A stretch of DNA of 63,476 nt, filler included, from Octopus bimaculoides (GCF_001194135.2; 8 parts of 6 records of this genome joined end to end with filler, not necessarily neighbours in it), one strand, 5' to 3'; counted from the whole stretch's first letter, positions 42,060 to 56,240 are shown. The notes: generated by a model not told the origin, from the letters alone. Program-made: numbers and translations.

Positions 42060-42245
42060 AACACTGAAAAATACATTAGGAATGAGAACCCATGCTCGAA
42101 ATTTCCCCAAGACACCTGATGAAGGTTGGAGGGTATATCAGCCGAAACGTTATGTTAACAACAAACAAGATGAGGACAAATATCCGTCAAATGTAAATAA
42201 TGTAAATAATGTACATATTTTCTCATCTCTTAAATATAGAACTGT
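42060..42245 (+). mobile_element. HHR-type PLE tail module, copy 4
   Basis: Follows (AAT)n(GAT)n; HHR at 42111-42156 has intact CUGAUGA and GAAA and a mismatch at the first stem-I pair. Confidence 0.8.
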
Positions 42246-42249
42246 ATTT

Positions 42250-44240
42250 ACGTAAATATGTCAGGCTTCTCCGATCTTCTCGAAGCGCTCTTCTGCAACT
42301 GGCAACAGAACGGGAGTTCTGATAAGGAAAGACGAAAACAAGAAGGACACATTAGATAACGTCTAGCCCATAACTCTGCTTAACACAGAGGTTAAATTTT
42401 TGTCCTAGTAATTAGCAATGAGGTTGGCGCAAGTCGTCTACGTGACTAATGATGCGCAGATATTCTGCTTAAACGAAGAACTGGTGTAGCCACCGTTTGT
42501 CAAACAGGCCTTTCCACATCTCATCTTCTTGATTGAGCTGCAGTCGTGGGTCAAGAAGAGACCGTGGCAAGGTGACTGGCATCTGGAATCTTGCCAGGCA
42601 CTCACTGCTCCCTACCATACTGGCAATTCGATCAGTGGGACAACCACTCTTGAGTCTATAAAAGGTTAGCGGAGGGAAAGGACAATGACGCATTTGCAGA
42701 AACGTTAGTCTGTTCCGGAGGACTTTCGAGCCAGGGACGATGGATAGCTTCCAGAAATCCATATCTTGGCAGTGCTACCGGGGCATGTTTGCGTTGGTGG
42801 TATCTGTATTATTTACTCTGGGTGTTTTTTATGCTTTGTGGAGTTTTTCATTTGTGATTTCTTTCTTTTTGTTTTTTTTACTTTTTGGATATTCTTCATC
42901 TTCACTACTGGAAGATGAAGGGTCTGTTGCTATAATGGTGTCTGAGTGTATGTTTACAATCCTGTTTATGTGTATTTTTGTTTGGTTTGAGGTGGGGGAG
43001 AGAGCTTCCCTTGTTTCCCCCTAGAGTGGTTAATATCTTTGTTGTTGTTGCTGGTGCTTTTGCCGGTGCTGGTGTTGTGTGTGGTTCTTGTCCCAGCTTA
43101 GTCAACAGTGGAGAGTTTTGACCTCTTCCACTTTTTACCACTTGGGAGCAGCGAGTTCGCAAATGAGTCGTTTCTCCACACGTGCAACAAGGGGGAATTT
43201 TGCCCTCAGTCATAATATGTATCACCGTCCCGATCTGAAATCGGATGTGGTCCAGGATTTTTTCTGTTTTCATGTCCGATCTGGAAAAGTATCTCCGGGT
43301 CAACCGCAGACCAGTCCACCCTGGCAGTTCTTGTCGCTTCTATCCGAACAGTATCCATCCACCTCCACGATAATGCATCCCAGAAACCACCAACTATCTA
43401 GTCTTTGTGGGATTCTAGCAATGCGGATACGGGCTGTACGTTTCCCCATGTTGGAGGGATACATGATGGCTTTACTGGTTTTGCAGGCGGGTATTGAATG
43501 CTTCATAGCGATGGCTTCCGACTTAAACAGCACCAACATTATGCTGTATTGTTTGCCCTTCCTTATGTTCTCGCTGTCATTTCTAATGCACCTCAGCCTC
43601 GCCTCAATATCTACTTCGACTATCAAATCCGCTCATTTTATGTCTGCTGAGATGCATCTGAAAATCACGTTCTTCTCTCCACTGCTTCCATTGCCTCTGA
43701 TGGGACAGTCTTCTGTTTTATTAGTTTCCATGCCTGTGGTAGAATCTGCTCCCTATTTGTGAAGTCCACGTTAAAGCGCAATTTGTTTTTCGCAGCTGCT
43801 TCTGCGAGCGTATTTTTGTTATTGTTATTGGTATTGTTCTCGTTGTTGCTTCTGTTGTTACTGCTGCTGCTGCCAGTGTTGCTGTTGTCGTTGTTCTTAT
43901 CGATGTTGTTGCTATTGGTTTTGTTGTTGTTGCTGTTGTCACTTGTGCATTCGTTGTTGTTGTTGTTGACGTTGCTGTCCTTTTCGTGGTTGTTGTTGGT
44001 ATCACTACTACTACTGCATCGGCTTCTGTCACTGTTGCGGCTTCTGCTGTTGTCATTTCTACCGCGGTTTTTGTTTCTGCTACTATTGTTGTTACTGTTA
44101 GTTGGACTTTCTATCATGCCAGCCTTGTTTTTTTCCTCCTACCATTCCACTGTGTTGTTGCCCGTAACGGAGGGAAGAGGAGAAATATTGGTGGGAGGTT
44201 TTGATTTTTCTCAACTGTTTCAAGACGAGCTCTGACATCT
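42250..44240 (-). mobile_element. L1/Tx1-like LINE 5' region, ORF1 with gag-type zinc knuckle, frameshifted
   Basis: ATG at 44117, Asn-rich N-terminus, RRM-like middle and CCTCGETTHLRTRC = CX2CX4HX4C; the clade assignment is inference. Confidence 0.6.
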
Positions 44241-44474
44241 TGTTGAGTTGTGTTTGTTCAATTAAATATAACGCCCACCAAAATTATTTGGTGTACCGAA
44301 ATCGCCCATCTGGAGGCTACACAATCATAAAATCCAGTAACAGTACCTGGTGTTTCTATTCACAACTTGGAATAAAATATTTTTCGGAAATGGCACCAAT
44401 CCTGGTGTAAATAAATGTTTTGAACTGTACTTACTTGGAGCCTTCAAAAATACGTCCGATTTGTTTCGCAGAAA

Positions 44475-44541
<67 letters not shown>

Positions 44542-44689
44542 AAGAACAACAACAGCAACAACAACAACAATAGAACTCAGAAAATGCAAACCTCCTCCAA
44601 GACAACACTAATCTTCTCTCAACGATTAGCCAGAGATCATTTTTACAAGGAGAATATGTGAAATAAACTCGATTACTCATACAAAAGAG

Positions 44690-44943
44690 CATACTAAAAA
44701 TGAACACGACCGCTTGCAAAAATTAAATTAAAAAACAGGTAACATAACCCATAATCATTGTCCTGTACCGGATCAACCCCCAAATATAATGCGACCGTGC
44801 CAGTCACGAGGTCAAATAACCCTGAAAGTTTCATGCGAATCCATCCAGCGGTTCTTGAGATATTTTGACCACGGCAAACAAACAAAGAAACAAACGAACG
44901 AACAAACACGACTGGAAACAATAACTCGATCCACTAAAGCGGA

Positions 44944-44945
<2 letters not shown>
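44690..44945 (+). mobile_element. Possible non-autonomous Helentron-associated (HINE/pearl-like) element
   Basis: AAGTTTCATGCGAATCCATCCAGCGGTTCTTGAGATAT core, (AAAC)n microsatellite and 3' hairpin TCCAC-TAAA-GCGGA. Confidence 0.4.
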
Positions 44946-44982
<37 letters not shown>

Positions 44983-45909
44983 AATGGTTTTAGATTTTGT
45001 CACAAGGGCTGGAATTTTGTAGGGGGATGAATCAATTACATGGCCATGTAGTAAGAAATTTGCTTCCCAGTTGCGTGGTTCACGGTTCAGCCCACAGCGT
45101 AGAACCTTGAGCAAGTGTCTTTTACTATTAGTCTGTGCCTCTACCTTCATTAACATGTTCGGCAACAGCAGCAACGTCGTAGTCTCCTTTATCTCCATCA
45201 TCTTCATCATCATCATTTGTTTGTTACCAAATCTATTTGTAATCTTAAATAAATCACCACTGGATTTACAACCTTGTGTTTTTTATTAATGATGTAACTG
45301 TGTTATGGATGTATTTTCTATTTTCTGGATTTGAAAGTGTGTATTCGTGCATGTATGCGTTTTGTGTGTTTATTTTATCCAAATTAATTTCATACGGAGG
45401 TCTTATAGATATTTTTAAAAGATGAATGTATTTCTGTACCACATAGATTGTTCCTCACCAAACGATGTATAGATTTTTCTCCGATGTGTAAATTCAAAAT
45501 CCAAATTTTGCTCATCTTAAGAACTGGAAAAGCTGTCATGTTACGGGAAAATGTTTCCAATCAGTAATCCTTATTTACCGTGTTTCTCTTCGCTCGATTT
45601 CGCTTTCATTTTTCTTATATTTCCTTATTTCTTTCTTTGCCTCTCCCCCACTCTCTTTCTTTCCCGCCATCTAAGCTTTCTCTACCAATTTTTACATTGT
45701 CTTGCTTTTTGTATTCACTTGCTATGCTTGAATTGAGTATATATATTTTAAAAACCAGATTCTGACATAAGCTTAAAGGAATATTGGTTTTACTATTTTC
45801 TTTTTGTATGTTCCCACCATTGTTGCTTTCTTTATCCATTTTCTCACTCAAACATCATGTTCATTCGTTTCCCCAAAGGAAACATGATGTGAGTTTGCTT
45901 TTCATTTGT

Positions 45910-45972
<63 letters not shown>

Positions 45973-48219
45973 AACTACTACTACTACTACTACTGCTGCT
46001 GCTGTTGCTGCTGCTGTTGTTCGATTATTCATCCCTGAAAAACACACAAGCTTAAAGCATTTATAGTTTGCTTAAATCCTTAACAACCAAACCATTAAAA
46101 GAAATGTTAAATAATTTTAAAATATAATTTCCTGTTTTTGTTTCCATGCAAGTAAAGGTTAGACTGTTTTTAGAATATTCGGTATATATTTTTTTCTGTA
46201 TTTGTTTTTTCATGAATTATTGAAGGAACTATTTTAAAACTTGATGCATTTTCTAATAAAATGCACTCGACTGTGAATCGGTAATGGTTTCTATTTATTC
46301 GTTTATTTAAGAGAAATATGCACTGTCTTCCAAGAGCACGTAGTAAAATCTCTCAAATTCTTTTTGTTAACGAAATTATTTTTCTCCCTATAAATATTGG
46401 AATAACTCCACGAATCTGAGTACAATATCCATGTTATAGTTATGGTTATTTTGGTTAATAGTTGTTGCTACTGATGTTAAATACCCTTCAGAAAATACAC
46501 AATAAGCTAGCATTTAGACCAATTCCTTCCAATGACGACCACTCCATAATTTGTATGTTAAGCGTATTTCAGATAACATTACCCAAAGAAAGGTTTTGAG
46601 ACAGTAGAGTGTAGTGTCGTTGAGATTAGTATGTTATGTATAACATGGCGATTACTACATAGGCACTTCCTACTTCTTAGCTATTTTGTATATTGATGTT
46701 TAACTTGGAATATGTAGTTGTGCCCACCATCTATTATATGCAACCTGGATTTCGATTCTCATTCACGTTCCAGTGGAAATCCAGACCGATATATTTAGCG
46801 AAACGTTCTAGTTGGAGGTAAAAGTAGCCTATATAGTATCATAAACAAGTAGAATTTCTTGAATGTTAAGAACATGAAGAAATGTAAAATATAGTGCAAT
46901 GAACAGTGTTCAGAACTGACGTGCTTGGTTTCTTGAACTGTTGAGGAGAAACAGTGAAATCATCCACTTCACATTGCTACCCCAAGACGAGAAAACCGAA
47001 TTTAAAGCCTTCAGTAAGGAACAATGGTGCAGAATAGGGAGTCGATAATATTATTTCCTTAGTTACTTCATCATCACAAATCTTCTTCAGCAGGTTGAAA
47101 AAAATTAGCTAATTTACATTATAATTTACTATTTGATAATTCCATGTACTGGATTTATTAATGTTTATATTTTAGAAGTTACTCTGACATAGAGAAATTT
47201 TTGTGAAGTCATTTCGATAACAAAGGGATATTAATCTTCATATTTTTCGTTGTTGCTTTTCTATAATCAAATGTTGAGTTTCATTTAAGATTATCTTTCA
47301 TTTGAGCAGATGTCACAATTAATTGGATTACTTAGCACTTTGTGGGGAGCAAGGGCTGTAAATGTAGCTCCTTCAGAGCTGTATTTGAATCTATATTTTA
47401 TGTTCTGCGGATATTTTAATATTCTCTTTTCAACATAACATATTTAACATATTTATTCGTAACTTTTAAGACGATTACTGCTGTTTATAATTTTGTTTTC
47501 GTTAAGTCACTGCGAAGAGGATATTTTTATATCAAAGATGAGAAATAGTATAAGTGATGTATGAAAAAATATAAATAAATGTGAATTAATGATGGTAAAG
47601 GAAGTCTATTGTAATCATATCAATCTCATAGTGTTTTGGTATGGTGATAATCTACGACCATCACACACACACACACACACACAGAGACACACACACACAC
47701 AAATACGCACACACACATACACACACATACGCCTATACACACAAACACACAAACATACACATACACTCACTCATACACACCACAATTGTTTTCATCAGAA
47801 TTATCACCGACAAAAATGTCACTACTGTTTACACAGACACACACAGACACAGCCACTATTGCACACACTCCAATGCACATATATTGTACGCACACACCAC
47901 AAATCAAGCATTGGTGGCTTACATTGTTGGAAATAATATTCCAATATATCTAAAATGTGAAGGTCACATTAAAACGATTGACCACTTATGGATTCCTCAA
48001 AGGCATGGTGTAGCCGCTCGAGAAGGTCTTTAATAAAGCTGTGGTCATTTTCATTTTAATACGTTGAAGCCTATTGTTGCTCATTTCGTATATACTCTGA
48101 CAGCGCTCGCACACACACGCAGGCACACGCACAAATATACACACACACGCTCACAAACGAAATGACATGTATACGCATATGTATCTGTATAAGCATATCC
48201 ACCCTTTTATACTCTTACT

Positions 48220-48338
48220 TGGCATTGGTCGGCCTGAGGCTGTAGTAGAAGGCACTCACACAAGGTACCACGCAGTAGGACTGAACCCCACACCAAGTGG
48301 TTCGGAAACAAGCTACTTACCACACAGCTACTCCTGCG

Positions 48339-48340
<2 letters not shown>
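48220..48340 (-). mobile_element. SINE family 1, 5' part
   Basis: Reverse complement reads GGCGCAGGAGTAGCTGTGTGGTAAGTAGCTTG..GTTCAGTCCTACTGCGTGGTACCTTG. Confidence 0.65.
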
Positions 48341-48378
<38 letters not shown>

Positions 48379-48549
48379 CTTGTATATGACGTGTTGTATA
48401 TTTAAGGAAATAAATCCCATAAATCTCAAAAATTTACTTACAAATAGAGAGGCATGCTGTTAAAATATCTAAGAAAATTTNNNNNNNNNNACTGAACCCC
48501 ACACCAAGTGGTTCGGAAACAAGCTACTTACCACACAGCTACTCCTGCG

Positions 48550-48589
<40 letters not shown>

Positions 48590-50389
48590 CTTGTATATGA
48601 CGTGTTGTATATTTAAGGAAATAAATCCCATAAATCTCAAAAATTTACTTACAAATAGAGAGGCATGCTGTTAAAATATCTAAGAAAATTTTTAATTCAT
48701 GCAGACGATCGTTTCGTACAGAGATAGAAAAATATGGCAAATTCTATAACAATTATTTTTAAATACAAGTAAAAAGATTTCAAAGAAGTTCCCTCTATGG
48801 ATGAGTAAGACGATTAGAAATTTTAACTCCAAATAAGTCGCGTAGAGCCAAAATTGTATACAGATTTCCAATGCAAAGGCTTGGCTATATTTGAATTAAG
48901 ATATGACTTGACAGTTGAAAAGTCAGTGTGGAGTATATTTTTTTTTAAATTATACATGAGAAGTATGTTAATATAGAGGAAATAGTACATGAAGGGATCA
49001 TACTAGACAGTTAACGTAAACAAGTATTAGAGAAGTAAAGAGTGTTAAAGAGAGAATATGATGCGTAAGTTGTACTTGTGTTTGCTTAAGAACTCATGTT
49101 CGTTAGTATCTATCGTACACAAGGAAGGAAAATAAGTAAAAAAAGAGAAAATATAGTTGTTAATATTACAATTTAGATAGAAAATACTTGCTGTGGCTAT
49201 AAAGAAGAAACAAATTGAAGTTGAAATAGATAATAAACGATAGAATACGGGAAAGTAATTAAATTTAAAGGAGATAAAAGAACTGGGAAAGAAAATAATA
49301 AAATAAAGTATTGTTTTGTATGTATTGATATGTAAGTTTATACAGTAACTGTGCTTTTTCGTATAAATAAAATTTTATTAAGAGGAAACAAACTAGCTTG
49401 GCATTATGAGAGAGGGATATGCAATGGTATTAGGGTAGCATTAATATTCAAGAAATGGAGGGGTATTGTGTGTTATGAATAGTGTTTGGGGGTGCACATA
49501 AGTATACAAATAAATTCATACATAATGTCGAAGAACAATAATCTTACAAGGGAAACTAGTAGAGGCATATTTGCACATTAGTATACATAGATAAAGGAGT
49601 TCTAATTGTTTTTGATTAGGGTATACATAAAAGCGTAAACACCGTGCACAAATATATATATATACATACCGATGCAAAGAGGGAAATGGCTCACACGTAT
49701 AGATATAAATACACGCACACATATAAAAATAGAATTATATATATGTGTATGCGAAACATACGTATATACGCAGATACACACGTTCATATTAAAAACACAT
49801 GTTGGTAGCAACATATAGTAAATAAACACAAAATATTAGATATAGACACATAGATGATATATAAAATTCATACCTAGATATGCACACTCAATTGTTGTCA
49901 TGAAGGACAGGAAGAAGTACTATATGTGCTTACATGTTGGCATATATCGGCAGTAAAATATATTTAATTATCAGTTATAGTGGCAAGTAATATAAACCAG
50001 TAATAGTTAGAATGGTTATGTTGAGGGTTTTTAAATAGATACATTATGCAAATAAAATATAATACAAAAAAATATAGGTATATTATATACTAAGGAAAGA
50101 TATAATTAAAAAAACACACAGATATATTGAGATAATAGGAGGTGTAGGGACGGATAGATAAAGTGTTAGCCTTACATATGGCGGGTCATGAAACTGTTAG
50201 AAGGAAAGGTTAAATAAAAACAAACCAAGATACTGTATGATAAATTAATGGAAAGTTGATCTAGTGAGTATTCCATTGAAATATTCCATAGAAAAGTATT
50301 CCATAGAAAAAGTATTATACAGAAAAATATGACATATATATATATATTTAAAAAAAAACACCAAAAATTGATCTAAGCAAGAGAGTGAA

Positions 50390-52430
50390 GAATTATTTAA
50401 GATTGACAAAGAGGAATTTGGTCACGTGTTTACATGAGTAAACTTTTTCAACCCTAGTAATGACGAAACTTCCATTTTCTGTCATTATGCTATAGCTTTC
50501 TTCCAAACACAACCTAACATTTTATTATTATGTCTATAAGAGGGGTTAGAAGATAGGATTTTCCAAGAGATTGAGAAATCAATATTGTTTCTTTTGATGT
50601 GTCGATTTCTTTTTTACATAGACCTGTGCTATTCTCTTTTCTATGTTCCCTAAAAGGGATCTCTGATTATAAATTCTCGATTTAAGCAAATTTTTCGTGC
50701 AAACCACGTATAGGCATCTGAAGGATGCATAGTAGTTGCTTGGTATACAACGTCTTTCATTTTACAAATTCTATCTACTTCACAGGCATTTAGGTTTCTA
50801 CAATTACAATTTAATTTAGCGGGTGGTACTATAGTGTTATGTCTATATGTATTTGGGATAATAAAGTTAAGGTTATTATCAATATAGTAGTTGTTAATTA
50901 TAGGATTATTGGAGGTACTAGATAAATATATCGTAGTATTTTGTATTATATAATAGATCCAGTTTCTTATTGTTAAAAGAAGAGTTTATCCTAAAGAGAT
51001 TTGGAGAAACTGAAAATCGAAATTTAATTCCTTTATTATTAAATATTTTAGTATATATAGAATTTTGGAACTTTTTATTAATTATCATTCTAATGGATCT
51101 AATAAAGTTATATTTTAGATGTCTGGCATAAGAGATTATGATCCAAGTAGTTTTATTACTATTTTCTTTATTGGAACGTTGGACTGTACTTCGGGGGTCA
51201 GCTATTCTCACACAAATTATTAGTTTCTTTTTTGCTATTCTATTTCCATCTATATTTGAGTTCTATGGTTATGTATATTATTGAAAGAATTTGGTGAGTT
51301 TAGATTATTTACATTTCTTCTGTTTATTTGTATAATATTCCTATTTTTATCTATAATTATACAGTTTTGGTGTTTGCTGTCAGTATTTTTGTGTTTATTA
51401 ATATTAATATTAATGTGGTTAGTAATGTGGGAATTGCTAAAATTCACATTATTTTTTCCGTTAGTAAACTTGTGGTTATGGTGCTCGTATTGATTAGTAT
51501 ATTTATTGTAGTTGTGATTTTCCTGTTTTTGCTAAAGGTATGTTCATAATTATTATTGAGAGTTCTTGTTATACGCTTATTGTGGTGTATTAATTCATCA
51601 GGTGGCTTAGGTTCACTAGTATTATCTCGTTATTCATGTCAAGATAAAGTTTCGTATTATTAGTACTGATGCTGTCGTCTTTATTAAACTTAATTAGATA
51701 TTTATATACTGCCTTCTTAAGTGGGAGGTTATAGTAGTCTTTATGTTTGTTAAATATGTCTTAATTAGATGGTAATAGATAAATTCTTCTCTCCATGTTA
51801 GTGCTCATGTGTTCTATAATGTTATTTGGATGGTTACTTCGTGCATTTATGGATGTGATATCGTTGTTAGGTTTATGGTAAGACTGGTGGGTGGAAGTAT
51901 TGAGATTGAAGTTAACGTCTAGGAAGTTTACAGAGTTGTTATCTATTTCACTGGTAATGATAGCCCTTGGTTTTTAATAAAAATTGTATACTTCTTCTGT
52001 AGAATTCAAATTTTCTGTTGGAGGCTTTCCTAACTAAGAATAGAGCATCGTCCCGGTAAAGTCCACCTTCTAATTTAGGGAATTCTTCTTTATGTTGGTG
52101 TAGTAGGTAAATCCCGACTAAATCGGTTACTTCTGTGGAGTCTTACGCGCCCATGGTTACATCGAAAGAGTCTGGTGTATCTTTCTCGGTTCAAAATGTA
52201 TCTTCATGATATATTATATTCTTTCTAGCTTCAAGTATAATTTTTATTTCTTTCATTGATAATTTAGTCTTAATCTTGGCGTAGATGAGTGCCTTATTTA
52301 GTAAGATGGGATTAATGGATTGGTAATAGTTGCCTATGTCCAGTTGAATGAATAGAATAGAATAGCAAAAAATAAAACAATAACTTGTCTGAGAATAGCT
52401 GATCCCCCAAATACAAGGCAACATTTTCAT
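50390..52430 (-). mobile_element. Penelope-like element, RT through C-terminal nuclease region, decayed
   Basis: IQLDIGNYYQSI, FDVTMGA, EVTDLVGIYLL, GGLYRDDAL (~52050), NFLDVN, KIFNNKGIKFRFS, then CKMKDVVYQA..SWKILS..RLCLEE. Confidence 0.8.
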
Positions 52431-52671
52431 AAAGAAAACTGCAATAAAACTATTTGGATCATAATCCCTTTTGCCAAACAGCTAAAGTCTAACTTTATTA
52501 GATCCATGATAATGATAATTAAATAAAAAGTTCAAAAACTCTAAATATGCTAAAATCAAAAATGAAACTGGCTGCCACAGCGAAAATAAACCTAACATCG
52601 AGGTATTGAGTGCTGAAAGAAGATCTCAGGAGCCTCCCCCACAACATAATCTGTAAGTGTATACATATATT

Positions 52672-52707
<36 letters not shown>

Positions 52708-52869
52708 NNNNNNNNNNNNNNNNNNNNNNNNNNNNNNNNNNNNNNNNNNNNNNNNNNNNNNNNNNNNNNNNNNNNNNNNNNNNNNNNNNNNNNNNNNNNN
52801 NNNNNNNNNNNNNNNNNNNNNNNNNNNNNNNNNNNNNNNNNNNNNNNNNNNNNNNNNNNNNNNNATATA

Positions 52870-53334
52870 TATAATATATGAGGCCCATATGACATCAGGA
52901 CAATATTGAAGATTAATACAACACTTCGCAAATATCTCCTTCAGGTAAAAACCACCTATAGAAGATATAACCAAAACACTGCGTGTACTCCATGCCGTGC
53001 ATCTGTGGTAGTTTATACAAAGGCGATACATGTCGCTCCCTCAAAATAGGGGTAAATGAACATCGCCAAGCTATGACACGAGGAGATATTGATAAATCGT
53101 TTATAGCTGGCCATGTATAGAAAAATAGAGACCACTTACTCTTGTGGGTGAACTTAAAATATTAGACAGAGAACACCACTGGAAAATACGAAAACTTAAA
53201 GAAGCACATATTCTAGGACACATCATCCTCCTAAGCAGACCGATTGCAGATATAAATAGCATATGGGAACCGGTATTAAGAAAGGATAGGAAAATATTAG
53301 GTTTAGAAGCCCTAAAATTCACTCCATAATTGCC

Positions 53335-53379
<45 letters not shown>

Positions 53380-53535
53380 CAACAACATCGAAAAATACCT
53401 TAGGAATGAGAACCCAGGTTCGATATTTCCCCAAGACACCTGATGAAGGTTGGAGGGTATATCAGCCAAAACGTTGTGTCAACAACACACAAGATGAGGA
53501 CAAATATCCATCAAATGTAAATTATGTAAATAATA
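52870..53535 (+). mobile_element. Penelope/Poseidon-type PLE 3' end: GIY-YIG endonuclease + (TAA)n + HHR module (copy 5)
   Basis: CVYSMPCICGSLYKGDTCRSLKIGVNEH..KILDREHHWKIRKLKEA..INSIWEP; HHR-like motif at 53435-53480 with perfect stem I GACAC/GUGUC and G12 to A. Confidence 0.85.
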
Positions 53536-54126
53536 TAGATAAGAAGTGGTCATATCGAATAAACATAGTATTGTCATAATTGTGTTTCCTTTACCATTGC
53601 ATTGCAACGCCTAGACCCGAAATATAGCAATATTTTGCTTTGTATCCCACAATCTCTCATGCGCTCTCTCTCGAATAATCAAACATTCATGGAATGGATC
53701 ATATGCTTTGATTCGTTCAATTTCCTTGTATGGGATAACAGCCACGTGAACTTGGGTTGTAGATAGTGAAGTAATTGTAGACTTGGCCAACGGTGTGCAT
53801 TAGAAATATCACAATACTTCTTTTGCTTAGGGGGACATATGTTTCTTTTATGATGTTTCACATAATGCGACGTTGATGGAGCCACCACCTCCTAATCGGC
53901 TGCAATCTCAACTGCAACAGACAAACATTTTAAGTTCACCTTGAAGAAATAGCTGCGGAGGTCGCTCAGATCATATTCCGCTGTAATAAAAAAATGAAAG
54001 AGAAATTTAGTGTAATTGTACGTATTGCCAAAAAGACATTGTTCATGCCTATCAAAAAATATTCGCAAACACATACATATGCATACTTAAACATGTACTG
54101 CATGCGTGCTCGTTCGTTCGTTTGTT

Positions 54127-54196
<70 letters not shown>

Positions 54197-55149
54197 TATG
54201 TGTGCGTGTTTGTGCATACACACTTGTGATTTCTTATTCAATTTATTTCAATTATAACTTGAATAAAGTTGGTCAGGTCTATTGTACATTCATCGAATAT
54301 ACAGTAAGAGAGTTGAAAACTTTGAAATCATTTTGAAAGTTTGAAAGTGAAATCAGTGAGTGAATTTTCTATAAATTTAATATNNNNNNNNNNNNNNNNN
54401 NNNNNNNNNNNNNNNNNNNNNNNNNNNNNNNNNNNNNNNNNNNNNNNNNNNNNNNNNNNNNNNNNNNNNNNNNNNNNNNNNNNNNNNNNNNNNNNNNNNN
54501 NNNNNNNNNNNNNNNNNNNNNNNNNNNNNNNNNNNNNNNNNNNNNNNNNNNNNNNNNNNNNNNNNNNNNNNNNNNNNNNNNNNNNNNNNNNNNNNNNNNN
54601 NNNNNNNNNNNAACATATGATATAAAGATGGATATGAGTATAATATCGGATTGAATACAAAGCAGGAATATTGTTTCTGAAAATAAGTTGTACAGTGATA
54701 ATCAAATAAGCATATATAAATTTAAGACACTTGACGATTCAAGATCAAACCGATCAAATAATAATCTAGACGTAAATAAGTTTAACCCGTTGAACCTGTG
54801 ACGACGCTTAAATGCGGATGATTTCTTTTGTCTAGATCTCCGGCACATGCTTTATCAGGTGGCCGCACGGTTTTGCGCGTAAGTGTGAAAATAATAAAGA
54901 TTATCCCAATTAGCAAGCCATAAACAAAACTACCTCGCAGCCTGCTTTTGCACTTTTTCGGGGTATATCTTGCCAAGCCAAAAAGTACTTGCGGGTTTGA
55001 AAGTTAAAATATTCTTCTCTAAATATGAAAATAGACTGAAAAGAATTATAAATTCATGAAAAATAATGTATGTCAGCATTTGATGAGGTTTTGCTTAATA
55101 TCCTCCGGAAAACACTATAAAAATTCTAAAACGGAATTACAGTATTATA

Positions 55150-55320
55150 TAGGTACTGGCTTAGGAATGGGCTTAGAAATTTGCTTCTCAACCACAAGGT
55201 TCCAAGTACAGTCCCACTGCATGTCACATTGACATAATGTCTTCTACTATAGCCTCTCAATGTTTAAAGCCTTGTGAATAGAATTGATAGACGCAAATTC
55301 AACGAAACCCGTCGAAACTG
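55150..55320 (+). mobile_element. SINE family 1, degenerate
   Basis: TTGCTTCTCAACCAC..CAGTCCCACTGC..TCTTCTACTATAGCC..AAAGCCTTGTGA. Confidence 0.5.
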
Positions 55321-55577
55321 ATTCCCAAAGTTTGAATGAACAACTATTGTAATAAAATGGCTTGGATATTCGATATTTTGATACTTTCGGAATTATTGAG
55401 AAAAGTGATAGTACTTTAAGTTCATATACAGCAATACGCGATCATTAACTGTAATTATGTACACGCAGTTACAATTTTGTGTATGTTTATGTATATATAT
55501 ACACACAAACATAGAGCCAAATTTGTACACACACTCAAACACATGTATATATATATCCGTCTTTAAATCATACTTAA

Positions 55578-55623
<46 letters not shown>

Positions 55624-55723
55624 NNNNNNNNNNNNNNNNNNNNNNNNNNNNNNNNNNNNNNNNNNNNTTAATTAATTAANNNNNNNNNNNNNNNNNNNNN
55701 NNNNNNNNNNNNNNNNNNNNNNN

Positions 55724-55773
<50 letters not shown>

Positions 55774-56109
55774 TGTGTGTGTGTATGTATGTATGTAGGC
55801 ACATACGTACACATATATATGTAAATAGTACATATATGGTTGTTCGCGAACGTGTCTTTTCTTCTCCAGATAAGGGTTCGAGTCCTGTGTAACCAAAATT
55901 CTAAGAAAAGATGAACACATTACTGTGTATAGAACATATTTCGTGATTTCGAAAGAATATTATAACCTGATAACTAGCAACATCATTTTGGATAATTAGG
56001 GCAAGCTACATTTACAAGATTTAAATGTTTGAATGTTGTATATTATTGTTTATGGTTGTAATAATTGAAATGACTCGGGTTGAGGGAAAGATAAACATAT
56101 TATAATTGA

Positions 56110-56240
56110 TTAGTAGCTCAGTTGGTACTTACTTTATCGACCCAAAAGAATAGAAGGCAAAGTCAACCTCTGCGGAAATAGAACTCAGGCCATAAAGACA
56201 AACGAAATGCAGCAAAGCGTGTTACCCACCTGATAACAAT
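56110..56240 (-). mobile_element. SINE family 2, degenerate
   Basis: GGTACTTACTTTATCGACCC..GGCAAAGTCAACCTC..TTCTGCCAG. Confidence 0.5.

Noticed and set aside
46860-47100. Protein-like minus-strand frame FNLLKKICDDEVTKEIILSTPYSAPLFLTEG
   Set aside because: Short, interrupted by a stop, with no recognisable domain or clear splice sites
48281-48690. 200-bp direct duplication
   Set aside because: The copies are nearly identical and separated by exactly 10 Ns, which is typical of unmerged contig overlap
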